Assembly (NCBI GenBank): GCA_030390025.1
Contig: CM059432.1
Span: 99,574,001-99,638,000, forward strand
Reading direction: 5' to 3'
DNA: 64,000 bases
DNA from: Squalus acanthias
Taxonomy: Eukaryota
This document shows positions 37,225 to 50,861 of the stretch, piece after piece. The notes under the pieces are model-generated. The model was not told where the DNA came from. It saw nothing but the letters and a program-made list of their open reading frames with translations, and did no database searches. Numbering within the stretch: position 1 is the stretch's first letter; the number at the start of each line of letters is the position of its first letter. Both the position numbers and the translations under genes were made by a program.

Positions 37225-40200
37225 AGAAACATAGAAAAATAGGAGCAGGAGCAGGCCATTCGGCCCTTCGAGCCTGCTCCACCATTCAATATGATCATGG
37301 TTGATCCTCTATCTCAATACCATATTCCCGCTCTCTCCCCAAGCCCTTGATGCCTCTTGTGTCTAGAAATCTATCTATCTCCTTCTTAAATATATTCAGT
37401 AACTTGACCTCCACAGCCTTCTGTGATAGAGAATTCCATAGGTTCACCACCCTCTGAGTGAACAAATTTCTCCTCATCTCAGTTCTAAATGTCCTACCCT
37501 GTATCCTGAGACTATGACCCCTCGGTCTAGACACCCCAGCCAGGGGAAACATCCTCCCTGCATCCAGTCTGTCTAGCCCTGTCAGAATTTTATACGTTTC
37601 AATGAGATCCCCTCTCATTCTTCTAAACTCTAGTGAATACAGGCCTAGTCGACCCAATCTCTCCTCATACGACAGTCCTGCCATCCCAGGAATCAGTCTG
37701 GTGAACCTTCGATGCACTCCCTCTATGGCAAGTATATCCTTTCTTAGGTAAGGAGACCAAAACTGCACATAGTACTCCAGGTGTGGTCTCACCAAGGCCC
37801 CGTATAACTGTAGTAAGACATCCTTGCTCCTGTACTCAAATCCACTTGCAATGAAGGCCAACATACCATTTCCCTTCCTAACTGCTTGCAGCACCTGCAT
37901 GTTTGCTGTCAGTGACTGGTGTACAAGGACACCCAGGTCCCTCTGTACATCAACATTTCCCAATCTATCACCATTTAAATAATACTCTGCATTTCTGTTT
38001 TTCCTACCGAAGTGGATAACTTCACATTTATCCACGTTATACTGCATCTGCCATGTATTTGCCCACTCACTCAACTTGTCTAAATCGCCTTGAAGCCTCT
38101 TTGCATCCTCCTCACAACTCACAATCCCACCTAGTTTCATGTCGTCAAAAAACTTGAAAATATTACATTCGGTTCCCTCATCAAATCATTGATATATATT
38201 GTGATAGCTGGGGCCCAAGCACTGATCCCTGCGGTACCCCACTAGTCACCGCCTGCCACCCCAAAAAAGACCCATTTATTCCTACTCTAAGTTTCCTGTC
38301 TGTTAACCAATTTTCAATCCATGCCAGTATATTACCCCCAATCCCATGTGCTTTAATTTTGCACACTAACCTCTTATGTGGGACTTTATCAAAGGTCTTC
38401 TGAAAATCCAAATACACCACATCCACTGGTTCTCCCTTATCTATTCTACCAGTTACATCCTCAAAAAACTTCAGTAGGTTTGTCAAACATTATTTCCCTT
38501 TCATAAATCCATGTTGACTTTGTCTAATCCCATTGATATTTTCTAAGTGTCCTGTTATCACATCCTTTATAATAGACTCTAGTGTTTTCCCTACTACTGA
38601 TATTAGGCTAACCGGTCTGTAGTTCCCTGTTTTCTCTCTCCCTCCTTTTTTAAATAGTGGGGTTACATTTGCCACCCTCCAATCTGCAGGAACTGTTCCA
38701 TAATCTATAGAATTTTGGAAGATGGCAACCAATGCATCCACTATTTCCATGGCTACCTCTTTTAGTACTCTGGGATACAGATTATCAGGCCCTGGGGATT
38801 TATCGGCTTTCAGTCCCATTAATTTCTCTAGCACTATTTTTTTACTAATACTAATTTCCTTTAATTCCTCCTTCTCACTAGAACATTGGTTCCCTAACAT
38901 TTCTGGGAAGTTATTTGTGTCCTCTTCTGTGAACACAGAACCAAAGTATTTGTTTAATGGCTCTGTCATTTCCTTGTTCCCCATTATAAATTCTGCTGTT
39001 TCTGACTGTAAGGGACCTATGTTTGTCTTCACTAATCTTTTTCTGTTTATATACTTGTAGAAGCTTTTACAGTCCGCTTTTATGTTCCTTGCAAGTTTAC
39101 TCTCATATTCTATTTTTCCCCTCTTAATCAATCTCTTGGTCCTTTTTTCCTGAACTCTAAACTGCTCCCAATCCTCAGGCTTGCTACTTTTTCTGGCAAC
39201 TTTATAGGACTCCTCTTTGGATCTAATACTATCCTTAATTTCTTTTGTTAGCCATGGTTGGGACACTTTTCCTTTTGTGTTTTTGCATCAGAAAGGAATG
39301 TATAACTGTTGCAATTCATGCATTCGTTGCTTAAATGTTAGCCATTGCCTATCCACCATCATGCCTTTTAATGAAGCTCCCCAATCTATCATAGCCAACT
39401 CACTCCTCATACCTTTGTAGTTTCCTTTGTTTAGATTTAGGACCCTAGTTTCAGATTGGACCACTTCACTTTCCACCTTAATGAAATATTCTATTATGTT
39501 ACGGTCACTCTTCCCTGAAGGACCCCGCACAACAAGATTATTAATTAACCCCTTCTCATTGCACAATACCCAATCTAGGATAGCCTGTTCCCTAGTTGGC
39601 TCCTCAATGTGCTGGTCTAAAAAACAATCTCGTACACACTCCAGGAATTCATCCTCCACAGTATTATTGCTAATTTGGTTTGGCTAGTCTATATGTAGAT
39701 TAAAGTCACCCATGATTACTGTAGTACCCTTGTTACATGCATCTCTAATTTCCTGTTTGATCCCATCCCCTACATCACCACTACTGTTTGGAGGCCTATA
39801 GACAACTCCCACCAATGTTTTCTGCCCCTTGGTGCTTCTTAGCTCCATCCAGACTGATTCTACATCTTTATTTTCTGAGTCAATATCCTTTCTCACTATC
39901 GTTCTGATTTCATCCTTTACTAATAATGCCACCCCATCTCCTTTTCCGTTTTGCCTGTCCTTTCTAAATATCGAATATCCTTGGATATTCAGCTCCCAGC
40001 CTTGGTCACCCTGAAGCCATGTCTCCGTAATCACAATTATATCGTATCCGTTTACATCTATTTGCACTGTTAATTTGTCTACCTTATTACGAATGCTTCG
40101 TGCATTCAGATACAATGCCTTTAGATTTGTCTTTTTAACATTTTTAGACATCTTTACATTTTTTTGTACTATGGCCCTATTTGTTAGTGTACTCCTTTGT

Positions 40201-41927
40201 TTGTTCGCTCTGTCCCTTCCTGACACAATCTGCTTATCCTTACCCCAATCACTTTCCTGCACTGCTTCCTTGTCTTTTTTCTTTGGCATTCTAGATTTCT
40301 CTCCACTGGGACCCCCCCCCCCCATTATTTAGTTTAAAGCCCTATCTAACTCCCTAGTTATTCGATTCGCTAGAACTCTGGTCCCAGCATGGTTCAGGTG
40401 TAGTCCGTCCCAACGGAACAGCTCTCTCTTTCCCCAGTACTGGTGCCAGTGCCCCACAAATTGAAACCCACTTCTCCCACACCAATCTTTGAGACACGCA
40501 TTCATCTCCCTGATCCTATTGACTCAATGCCAATTTGCTTGTGGCTCCAATAATAATCCAGAGATTATGACCTTTGTGGTTCTGCTTTTTAATTTAGTCC
40601 CTAGCTGCTCAAACTCTCTCAGCAGAACTTCTTTCTTTGTCCTACCTATGTCGTTGGTACCTACATGGACCACGACAACTGGATCCTCCCCCTCCCACTC
40701 CAAGTTCTTCTCCAGCCCGGAGGAGATGTCCTTTACCCTGGCACCGGGTAGGCACCATAGCTTTCGGGACTCATGCTCCTGGCTGCAGAGAACAGTGTCT
40801 ATCCCCCTAACTATACTGTCACCTACAACAACCACCTTCCTTTTTGCTCCCCCCACTTGAACGGCTTCCTGTACCACGATGCTGTGGTCAGTTTGCTCGT
40901 CCTCCCCACAGTCCCCGCACTTGTCCACAAGGGTTGCAAGAACCTCGAATCTATTGGACAAGTGCAGGGACTGAGGCTCCTGCAATACTACCTCCTGTGT
41001 CCCCGTACCTGCCTCACTCGCAGTCACACCCTCCTGTCCCTGACCACGTGTCAATTCTAAAGTATTTAATCTAAGGGGTGTGGCTGCCTCCTGGAGCAAA
41101 AGGTCCAGGTAACTTTCTCCCTCCCTGATGTCTCGCAATGTCTGCAGCTCGGAGCTGAAGTTCCTCGAGCCGCAGACACTTACCACAGATGTAGTCGCCC
41201 TGGACAAAAATGTTCACAAGCTCCCACATATTGCAGCAGCAACACATCTCCTGTTCTCCCATTATTTTATTTATTTAATTAATTAGTTTAGTGTTAATCA
41301 AATTATTTACCTCCTTTAGTTTATTAAATTAATTAAATTAAGTTTAGTTTTTAAAATTTAGATATATGTTATATGTTAACTTAAAAGTTAGCCCACAGTC
41401 ACTACCAATCACTTACCTGCCTTACCTTTGAAGTCACACTGCCATTTTTTCTTGTTGATGCAGGTCTGCTGCTGCTTTTATCCCCGCTCTCGGGCCTCGG
41501 TCGGCTCCCACTCAGGTCCGCCGCTGCTCTGCGGGAGAAGTTAGGAAAAGCTAGCACCTCCTTCCTCCACTTCACCGAACTCCCACACTTACCAAACTCC
41601 CAGTTGTTCACTCTGTTCTGGCTGCACTAACAGGCCCCTGTGTTTATACTGTTTGTGACTCAGATGAGTCAGCACTGCTCTGCTATGGTTTCAGGAACCA
41701 GTTTAATCCAGTTAGCTAATTAACTAACTACATCAGTTCTCCAGCAGGAGAATTTGCTTGTTTGTCTCTGCTTAAGCCTGAAGAAACTCAACATTTTAAC
41801 TTAAACAGTTGATCTTATTTAAGAGCTACTAGCAATTAACACTAGATTTTAAAAGAGATTAACCCTTAAAACTCCCACACTTATCAAACTCCCATTTGTT
41901 CACTCTGTGCTCGCTGCACTCAGTGCT
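37225..41927 (-). mobile_element. CR1-D: full-length decayed CR1 with 10-bp TSD
   Basis: TSD CAGTGAACAC at 37215-37224 and 41928-41937. Fragmented ORF1 (41262-40329; GDSIVRG, HVGTND) and ORF2 (EN and RT). Confidence 0.93.
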
Positions 41928-42120
41928 CAGTGAACACTAGATGAGATGAAGTTTGGTTTGAATCATTAAACTGCTTTATTCCACAGTGTAAGGTGAGATG
42001 TGCAAAGCAAAAATTTATGATCAGAGTTACTTAGTTTATTGATAGAACTTTCACTCACATAATAATACAAATAAAGAACACTACCACTTTCACAGTCGTC
42101 CTACTTGAATTAAGCAGAAT

Positions 42121-42874
42121 AGCCCAGATTTTGCGGTCAGCCCTGAAGGAACGGCACTCGCCATTCACCTTGCTGACAGCTGCCCACAAAAGCTTCGTGG
42201 CCTTCAGAGCAGAGACTTGCTCTAATCCAGTATCTGATCCAGCACGGCACCCTCCACAGTGGATCTGTGGGCTCTGTGAGCAGGTCAAGCAACAGCGAGG
42301 CTCTTCAACCAATCAGATTGAAGAATCCTCACTGAGACACGCAGAGTCTAAACCAGGAAGTATAAAGTGGGAAATATAAATTAGATGTAAATCATGTACA
42401 GAAAGCGGAATAAAGATTGGGTAATATAGGTGGGATTAAGAGAGAGAGAGATGAAAGAGACAGAAAAGGTTACAAAAGAATTTTTTTTAAATCTCCAACA
42501 CTAATTAACTTCACATTTGCAAAATTAAATTTTCAGGGCCAGAGAGGTTGTTTGGCAGTAATGATCAATTATCACACCATTAAAAATTCACTTACTTGTG
42601 AATGCACCAGCCCTAACTTTTTCTGGCATCTTTAGTGGGGAACCAGTGGGCAAGTACCCCATGTTCACACCCTTGCATTGATTTCAATGCCGTGTCTATT
42701 GGTGAGGACTGCTACAGCACACGCTGTGGAGGAACGGGGTATCTCTGACAACAACTTCCGGATTTTCGCATTTAACTGCGCATGTGCCGACGCCAGAAGT
42801 TGCTATCCAATTTGCTCCATAATAACGGTGAGCGCTGTTAGCCTTACTGTTATTATTAATGCAAAATCCAGACC
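42121..42874. mobile_element. Harbinger-type MITE, diverged
   Basis: Imperfect TIRs AGCCCAGATTTTGC / GCAAAATCCAGACC and TSD AAT. Confidence 0.6.
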
Positions 42875-43361
42875 AATAATTCTTTTGCATTTCACCCAGG
42901 GCAGAACCTCTGTCCCTGTAGTGACCCACCTTTTTTAACTTTGCTGCCTGACAGAATTTTGGTGTCTTTGTTTACATTTTTAAAGGCCTCTTTCACTGTG
43001 TCAAAAATGTCTGTCCTTTTTCTGCTCCCCCACCTCACAGACTAACAGAGATCAATGTGTTTCCCAACACAATGGTGAAAGGTGCCTTTCCAAATTCTAG
43101 AAAATCAAATCAATTGCCTGTTGTTTAGTTTCAAGGGGAAACAAATATGGCTCAGCATATAAACAGCCTTTTGTCAGAGTGCCTAACTCAGAAGAATGCA
43201 CATTGCATTTAAAACAGCCAGCATTAAAATTAAATTCCTTCCAAATTATTTCTGTGGAAAAATGGTCAAAAATCGAAGTGAGCTAATTCCTGTTTGGCCA
43301 TTCTCTTAAAATTTCTCTTAACTCTGCTTAAACATCTTAATGATCAGCTTATGTTATAATG

Positions 43362-43456
43362 TATCCTACATTACAACAGTGACTACACTTCAAAAAGTAT
43401 TTCATAGGCTGTAAAGTGCTTTGGGACATCCTGAGGTTGTGAAAGACGCTATATAA
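43362..43456 (+). mobile_element. SINE 3' fragment
   Basis: Matches 16051-16165. Confidence 0.8.
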
Positions 43457-46400
43457 ATGTAAGTCTTTCTTTCTTTCAGTGTGTTTTACAGTTGTCGTAC
43501 AAATGAACGTTAAGAAGAGCAACGCAGTGATCAGACTAACAGCTCCTGAGTCAGTCCGTGAACTGTGACTTGGTAATTAGGCTGTGAGATACTTTCCTGT
43601 GAATGCTTAACAGTCTTGTGTCAAATTCCTCTATGTTGGTACAATAATATCTCACAGCATAATTTGCAGGCTGATATAATTATAGAAAGTTGTGTGCATC
43701 GATTGCAAATGGCCTTTATTAACAGCTTGTCTGCAATCCAGGTTCAAGTCTGATTCATCAAATTATAGTTTTGACTAATGTTAACTGGATAATATAGACA
43801 GGTGGCTTCTTATTATCTCTATATCGTCTTTGACACGTGTTATATTATGCTTGGCATGTAGTTATATGGGTCCAGTCATACAGAAAGGAATCTAAAGCAA
43901 CATTTCAGAAAGCTCTTATCTGCAACACATGGTAGGGAATTAGTTTGCCATCTTTTTAATGGATATTTTTAATCTAAGGAGATTAATTTAGTGGCTATAC
44001 TTACCTAGTGGGAAAAGCAGATTGCACTATTTAATTGAAAGCATCGTTAGCATCACATAATGAAGTGACCTAATTAAAAACTGTGCTTACTGCCCAAACT
44101 CTTAAATAGATTATCATTGGTTTACAAATGATCGCTAAAGTAACTTAATTAAATAGTAATATTTTTCCTTGCTTTAGTTAATTCTTGACACAATTCTCTG
44201 AACAGCTTTAGATGAACTCACTTTCAATCTGTCTTGGACACCTGTCACAAGCTTCCACATAGTCTTAGCCACGAGTGCTTGTGAAACAATTCATTTTTAT
44301 TTTGCAAGATTACCTATGTACAGTATGCAAATTATATTTAAGAATCTTTAGACAGCACAAATTTGCCCAGCTCCTTTGAAACTAATGAAAACATAATATA
44401 CACTGTTGCACTAACATGCTCACATTTAACCATATTGATCCCAAGATATTAGTGCCTGAATCCAGGTGTGATCCATGCGGCACACTGCCAAGGCACGCCA
44501 GAAGAAGGAGCATCCAAAAATTATCATCGGTCCTTATCATCATAATTGTGGCGATCTGTGGGTGCTAATTGGACCCTTTTAACTTCGGTCCGCTCAGATG
44601 TCGACTGAGGCACACAAGTGAGCATGCCTGCTCCTGCTGCCTCCATATTAAGGTAAGTTTCCTGCAGGCATCTTCCGTGGCCTCCAGCCATCCCTTTAAG
44701 GATCGCTGGTTGGGCCGTGTAGAAACTGAAAAAGAAGTTAGAGTCAGACTAATTTTCATTAATGTCGGGAACGGGTCCAGAAATGGACAAAGGACCTTCA
44801 TTTCAATATTGAAATGAGGCCTACGTTCATTTCAGGTGGGTGCCATGGGCGCCATGGGTGCCGAATGTAGCAGTGGCCCAGGCGCCCGCGCAAATTGGGC
44901 GCAGGCCTTCCCACTGTTAAATTTGTCGTTGTTGCACCCATTTTATCCTGTTAAAATGAGTGTAATGGTGTTGAATTTAGACCATACTGTGTTCTATTTA
45001 CTGGCATATTTATCTGAAATACCTGAATATTTAGAACCCAATCTCACCAGCCTTTTATAGCACCAGGTTTGGGTAGTCTTGGAGGGGGGTGGTTCTAATT
45101 TAATTTCCAGGTATTACTAAAATGTTACAATCACAATGCCAAAGCAATAGAGAAAGTTGAATTTTTTCCTTCAGGCCTAATGCAAATTTAATTATAACCA
45201 GTTGTTGAGCTGTGACTATAATTAAATGACCTTTATTCTTGCTTCCAATTTACTCCTCTCCTCAAGGCACAAATTTATGGTGGGATATGGCTCTATGGAT
45301 GCCAGCAACCCTCTATATCTCGTCGAAGGGGCCATTCTTATAAGAACATAAGAAATAGGAGCAGGAGCAGGCCATTCAGCCCCTCGAGCCTGCTTCACTA
45401 TTTAATGAGGTCATGGCCTTAACTACACTTTCCTGCCTGTTCCCCATAACCCTTGACTCCCCTGTTGCTCAAAAGTCTGTCTATCTCAGCCTTGAATATA
45501 TTCAATGACTCAACTTTCACAGCTCTCTGGGATAAAGAATTCCAAAGATTCACAACCCTCTGAGAGAAGAAATACCTCCTCATCTCTGTCTTAAATGGGC
45601 GACCCCTTATTCTGAGACTATGCCCCCTTGTTCTAGATTCCCCCATGAGGGGAAACATCCTCTCAGCATCTACCCTGTCCAACCCCCTGAGAATCTTATA
45701 TGTTTCAATAGGATCATCTCTCATTCTTCTAAACTCCAATGAGTATAGGCCTAACCTGCTCAACCTTTCCTCATAAGACAGCCCTTCCATCCCAGGAATC
45801 AACCTAGTGAACCTTCTCTGAGCTGCCTCCAATGCAAGTATACCCCTCCTTAAATAAGGGGACCAAAATTGTACACAGTACTCTAGATGTGGTCTCACCA
45901 GCGCCCTGTACAGTTATAGCAAGACTTCCCCACTTTTATAGTCTATCCCCCTTGAAATAAAGACCAACATTCCATTTGCCTTCCTAATTACTTGTTGCAC
46001 CTGCATGTTAACTTTTTGTGTTTCATGTACGAGGACACCCAAATCCCTCTGTACCGTCGCATTCTGTAGTCTTTCTCCATTTAAATAATATTTTTCTTTT
46101 CTATTTTTCCTACCAGAGTGGATAACTTCACATTTTCCCACATTATACTCCATCTGCCAAATTCTTGCCCACTCACTTAACCTATCTATATCCCTTTGCA
46201 GACTCTATGGGCTCAATTTTGCCATTGGGGTCGGGCTGGGGCGTGTCAGGTGGTTTTCGTGTCAGGACCCCGACTCCGATGTGAAGTGGGAAAAAAGTGC
46301 GATTTTCCCCTAATTGGGCACTTGATTTCTAGCGTGTGGGAACCCCTGGCCCAATTAGTCTTTCCATCCTGAAAGTCGCCTCCGATGATGTCATCAGCGC

Positions 46401-46948
46401 TGCTGTATTTAAGGCCTGCAAGCAGCCTTGCTTCTTCTTGAGACTGGAAACGCTTTGGACATTGTATAAAGGACTTCATTTACTGACCATGTCCACCAGC
46501 AAGCAAAAGTGTGCACCTTGCTTTGATGAAACCTCCCTCCAAGCTCTGGTGCAGGGAGCAAGATCTAATAAGGAGGTGCTCTTCCCTTCCTCAGGGAGAA
46601 AAAAGCCACCACAACAGACTAAAGCTGTGTGGCTGCAAGTGGCCCAGGAGGTCAATGCCATCCCTATGTGCCGCAGAACCTGGCTGCACTGCAGGAAGAG
46701 GTTTCATGACCTTCTCCGCACAGGTAGAGTGAGTATGACTTTCTCATCACCCTCAATCTGATCCCCATCGCCTCTCCTCACCAGCACTCTGCTTTGCCAA
46801 CCTCTTCCTCCACATCCCACTTGACACTGGCATCCCTGCACCCTCACCCATTCCCTCTCTCTCTATGGTCACATTCACTTAACTATTCAACCATCCAGCC
46901 CTCACACTCCCTATCACTGTGACGCAATGACAAGAACTTACAACACAC

Positions 46949-47660
46949 ATCGGAGGCTGAATGTCCTTGACTGCTGAAGTGTTCGGCGAGACCATGCAGA
47001 CACTGCGACAATGTATGAATGGACACTGCGCAACAATCGCCAGGCAGGAGTGTTCCCTCCCAGTCGGGGAACACGTCAGCAGTCAAGGACATTCAGCCTC
47101 CGATCTTCGGGTAAGCATTCTCCAAGGCGGCTTTCGAGACACACGACAACGCAAAATCGTCGAGCAGAAACTGATAGCCAAGTACCGCACCCATGAGGAC
47201 GGCCTCAACCGGGATCTTGGGTTCATGTCACGCTACATGTAACCCCACCTGATGTAGAGTCATCCAGACTCGAGTCGTCGTTGGCTTGTTCTCTCTACAC
47301 AGATGCGGCCGGACCTGCTGTGATTTCCAGCAAAAAAGTTTTTTGTTTTCCATACAGACCCCAGCATCTGCCACATTCGACCCCTTGTGACCCCACCTCA
47401 TTGTCTTTGATGTAATGTTTTCCTGACTGACCTGTTTGGACACCATCCACACCTGTGATTGCGGTGATTATCTCTCTGCCGAGGTGTGATAAAGGGCAGT
47501 TAGAAAGATTAACTGTAATCGTCTGGCAGTGTTCTCTGACTATATATGCTGTGCCTATATGCATCTCTTCACTTCACCTGAGGAAGGAGCAGCGCTCCGA
47601 AAGCTTGTGATTTCAAATAAAGCTGTTGGACTATAACCTGGTGTTGTGCGACTTCTCACA
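46949..47660 (+). mobile_element. Penelope-like element 3' fragment (GIY-YIG endonuclease end and terminal repeat) with 5' inversion
   Basis: GETMQTLRQCMNGH...PVGEHVSSQGHSASDLRVSIL...EQKLIAKYRTHEDGLNRD. 46949-46984 is an inverted copy of 47069-47104. Confidence 0.88.
47574..47610 (+). ncRNA. Minimal hammerhead ribozyme motif
   Basis: TCAC-CTGAGGA-A-GGAGC-AGC-GCTCC-GAAA-GC-TT-GTGA. Confidence 0.65.
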
Positions 47661-50579
47661 GAATAGTTTGGCATCTCTCTCATTGACATTGCATGAGTGA
47701 CTGATAATGATTCTGATGCTCTAACAGATTGAGTTATGATCATCTGCATAATTCAATGTGCATGCAACCTTTACCTCACATCTCTAACTCTTTCCTTTAC
47801 TCCCCCACAGGACCATCGAGAGCCCCCGTCCCCACTGTCCAGGAGGAAGAGCCTGAGCTTCCAGACTCCTCAGAGGAAGCTGCAACCTCTGAGGGTGCTC
47901 CGTCAGCAGAATTAAGCGCACCCTGCACCAGCGCAGACACTCACACCTCGGTGGGACCTTCGGGACATAGAGTAGAATTGTCACCTGGTGTATCACAGCT
48001 CACAAGTGAGCATCAGCAGATGGTGGAGACAGGGACAGCAGTGGAGAGTCCTCGTCGCAGTGGAGAGGACGCTCCCAGCTCGGCTCAGCTGCATGTCGAC
48101 CCTGTGCCTCCGGGTCCATCCAGAAGGAGAGCAGTGCTCGAACTCCAGGAACAGGTGCAGGAGTCGCTGGCAGGTTTTGTCTCCAGGGTCGCTGCGAGTG
48201 TGGAGCAAATGGAGGAGTCCATCGCTAACATGAGCAGAGCCTTTGTGGAGGCGTTGGCGCATGAACACATCACCACAGAAAAGATGGCAACCTCCTTGGA
48301 AAGGATGGCTACCTCCATGGTAAGGCTGGCTACCATATTCACTTGGGTGTAATGTTGTGTTTAATTTTGAAAAGCCATCAGTTGCTTATTGTCATAAAAA
48401 ATTCTGATGGCAAACTGTTGCAGTTGTGGCGTGTGTCATTTCGCTAATGGGACTTCCACATTGAGGGCTTAGGGTGACTTGCAATTGTCAGTATGGTGGT
48501 CAGTGTGATAGGAATCGGCACATTCTTGGCCATTGTCAATGGTCTGATAAGAAGGTGCGAGGCAAAGTTGTTTGATTGTGCAGGCTAAACAAATCTGGCC
48601 AAGATGAGTGCGTCCCTTGCATCCCGGGCAGCAATGTGGTCGCGTGCTGGCGCCTTCTGGCCTGTGCAGCTTCAGGTGGGTGAGCAGTAGCTTGGCGCTC
48701 CTGTTGTTGCTGTTGCTGTTGGTGGTGCTGTTGTTCATGGTTCTGCTGCTGCCACGGCTGGTCTTCATCCGAATCTGATGTCCAGGAGGAAAGGAAATAA
48801 ATGGTTCCCATGCTTCTGGTATATGCCTCAGTTGAGGAAGCGCTCAGTCAATGTGGGGAGAGGGGTTTCCCAGGAGGTCACACTGGAGATGGGTGTCAGG
48901 CTCCAAACTTCCACAACAATGGGTATGCCTGCTAAAAGTTTCCCCAGACCTGAGACAACAAAGTTCTGCCACCTGCAAATGATGATTGCTGAAAACTCCT
49001 TTTTAATGGTGGAGCTGCAGCTGTTAGTAAGCATTCCACTTGTGAGGCCGCCAGGATTCACTGACATGTTCCAGAGGAGACGTGCAGGATGTGGGAAAAG
49101 TGGTAAAATCAGAAAGGCCTCTCAAAATGGGATTATAGAGGCACTTAACTGGTTGTTAAGGGCCTTAAGGGCCTATCCCGCCTCTTGGAGGCGGGATGGA
49201 AACGGGGTCAGAAAACAAGCATTTGGGAAAATTGCTCAGAGGCGGGATGGAGGCGGGATTGGGCCCGCCCGGCATTTTTTACAATTTTACCACCTCACAC
49301 GCCTCCAATCCCGTCTCCTCAGGCCTGGCAAAATCGAGCCCTTTATGTCCTCTTCACAACTTGCTTTCCCACCTATCTTTGTATCGTCCACAAATTTGGC
49401 TACAATACACTCGCTTCCTTCATCCAAGTCATGAATATAGATTTAAAATAGTTGAGGCCCCAGCTATGATCCCTGTGGCACCCCACTCGTTACAGATTGC
49501 CATCCTGAAAATGACCCATTTATCCCGAGTCTCTGTTTTCTGTTAGGTAGCCAATCCTCTATCCAATCTAATATATTACCCCCAACACCATGAGCTCTTA
49601 TCTTATGCAGTAACCTTTTATGTGGCACCTTATCGAATGCCTTTTGTAAATCCAAATACACTACATCTACTGGTTCCCCTTTATCCACCCTGCTCATTAC
49701 CTCCTCAAAGAACTCTAATAGATTTGTCAATGTGAGCTTGGATAGTGAGTTTTGGAAGGCTATTGACTCTTGAAAAGCATCACATACAACCCTGATCATG
49801 TTTTTAATCAGACTATTAATATTAGCCATGCCAGCACACATTTTGGTAACACCAGGATGAACACTAGCTTAGTTATATTGCATGAAATTATGCAGTTGGG
49901 TTGCATGCAGTTGACAAAACAGATTGGGTTTCTAGCATACCACTCGAGTGCAAAACCAACAGCTCTGCTCCATGTTGCTTTTGGATATTAGCATTTAGAG
50001 CTCCTGCAAATCATCTAAGTGCTTTCCCATGGGTCCATCATCCAATTTTGATGTCATTGTGATGGTTCCTGATTCAATGCAGCATCTTTCCCAGCACCAA
50101 TCCTGCAAATGCTCAGCCCTCTGTGCTTCTTTTCAAATCTCTTTATTTTTGCTTTTAACTTCATCCATGCCCTCACCCCACCTATTTGGTCATTTTCTCC
50201 AGTCCCAGTCTCCACTCTCCACTCCTCTAACTCCAAATCACAGTTTTTATCTTGACCCCTCCACTCTATCAGTGCTCTTTTATTCACTTTTCCCTGCCCT
50301 CTGAGATTCTCTTCCAAAACCACTTTGTTTTACTGTCATTCTTCCTGTCTTCTAAAACATCCCAAGAATCTAACCATTCAACCAAGCCTTTGGTGACCCC
50401 TGCCAACACTAAATTCCTTTGCTTCTGTCTCTGTGTACAATTCCCTCTGCACATAATGCTCTCTAAGACAGTCTGAACTAGGATCACCACATAAAAATAC
50501 CTTATTGTTAGTATCTCTCCCAAATGGCCATACTTTATCTGTGAAACTAGACAGTGAGTTGTCAGTCTGTTGTAAGGAT

Positions 50580-50735
50580 CATCACAGCTGTGCCTGATCC
50601 TGTCTCACCCGATGACCACTCATGTGCACTCCCAAGAGAGCTCACTGGATAGTCACAAGGATTGAATCTGGAACCTTCCTAGTCTGTATGGTTCAGCTAC
50701 ATATTGTTTTAACCAGCTGGGCTATCAGTGAGCTT
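50580..50735 (-). mobile_element. Possible old tRNA-derived SINE fragment
   Basis: The minus strand has A-box-like TAGCCCAGCTGG and B-box-like GATTCAATCC at tRNA-like spacing. Confidence 0.4.
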
Positions 50736-50861
50736 TTACAGTGTTTCTAAGTTAATTAGATTACTATCCTACAAATAATTGGTAAAAATTACGCTCACAG
50801 CATTACCTGTTCTGTTAAAGCTGTATGAACATTTGTGAATGGGCTTCAATGTAGTAATTGG

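Larger units (their letters stand above)
46489..48352 (+). pseudogene. Myb/SANT-like gene: exon 46489-46728 and exon from 47811
   Basis: KAVWLQVAQEVNA...WLHCRKRFHDLLRTGR then a GTGAGT donor. A pyrimidine tract and CCACAG acceptor end at 47810, followed by an acidic, coiled-coil-like region. Confidence 0.78.
46209..49341. mobile_element. Harbinger element with Myb/SANT gene (plus strand) and transposase remnant (minus strand)
   Basis: TIRs GGGCTCAATTTT / AAAATCGAGCCC match at 11 of 12 positions, with flanks TAT / TTT. Confidence 0.85.
45341..49730 (-). mobile_element. 5'-truncated CR1 split by a Harbinger element (pieces 45341-46208 and 49342-49730)
   Basis: RT motifs in both parts. The sequence rejoins as GCAGACTC|TTTATGTCCTC. 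Confidence 0.9.
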
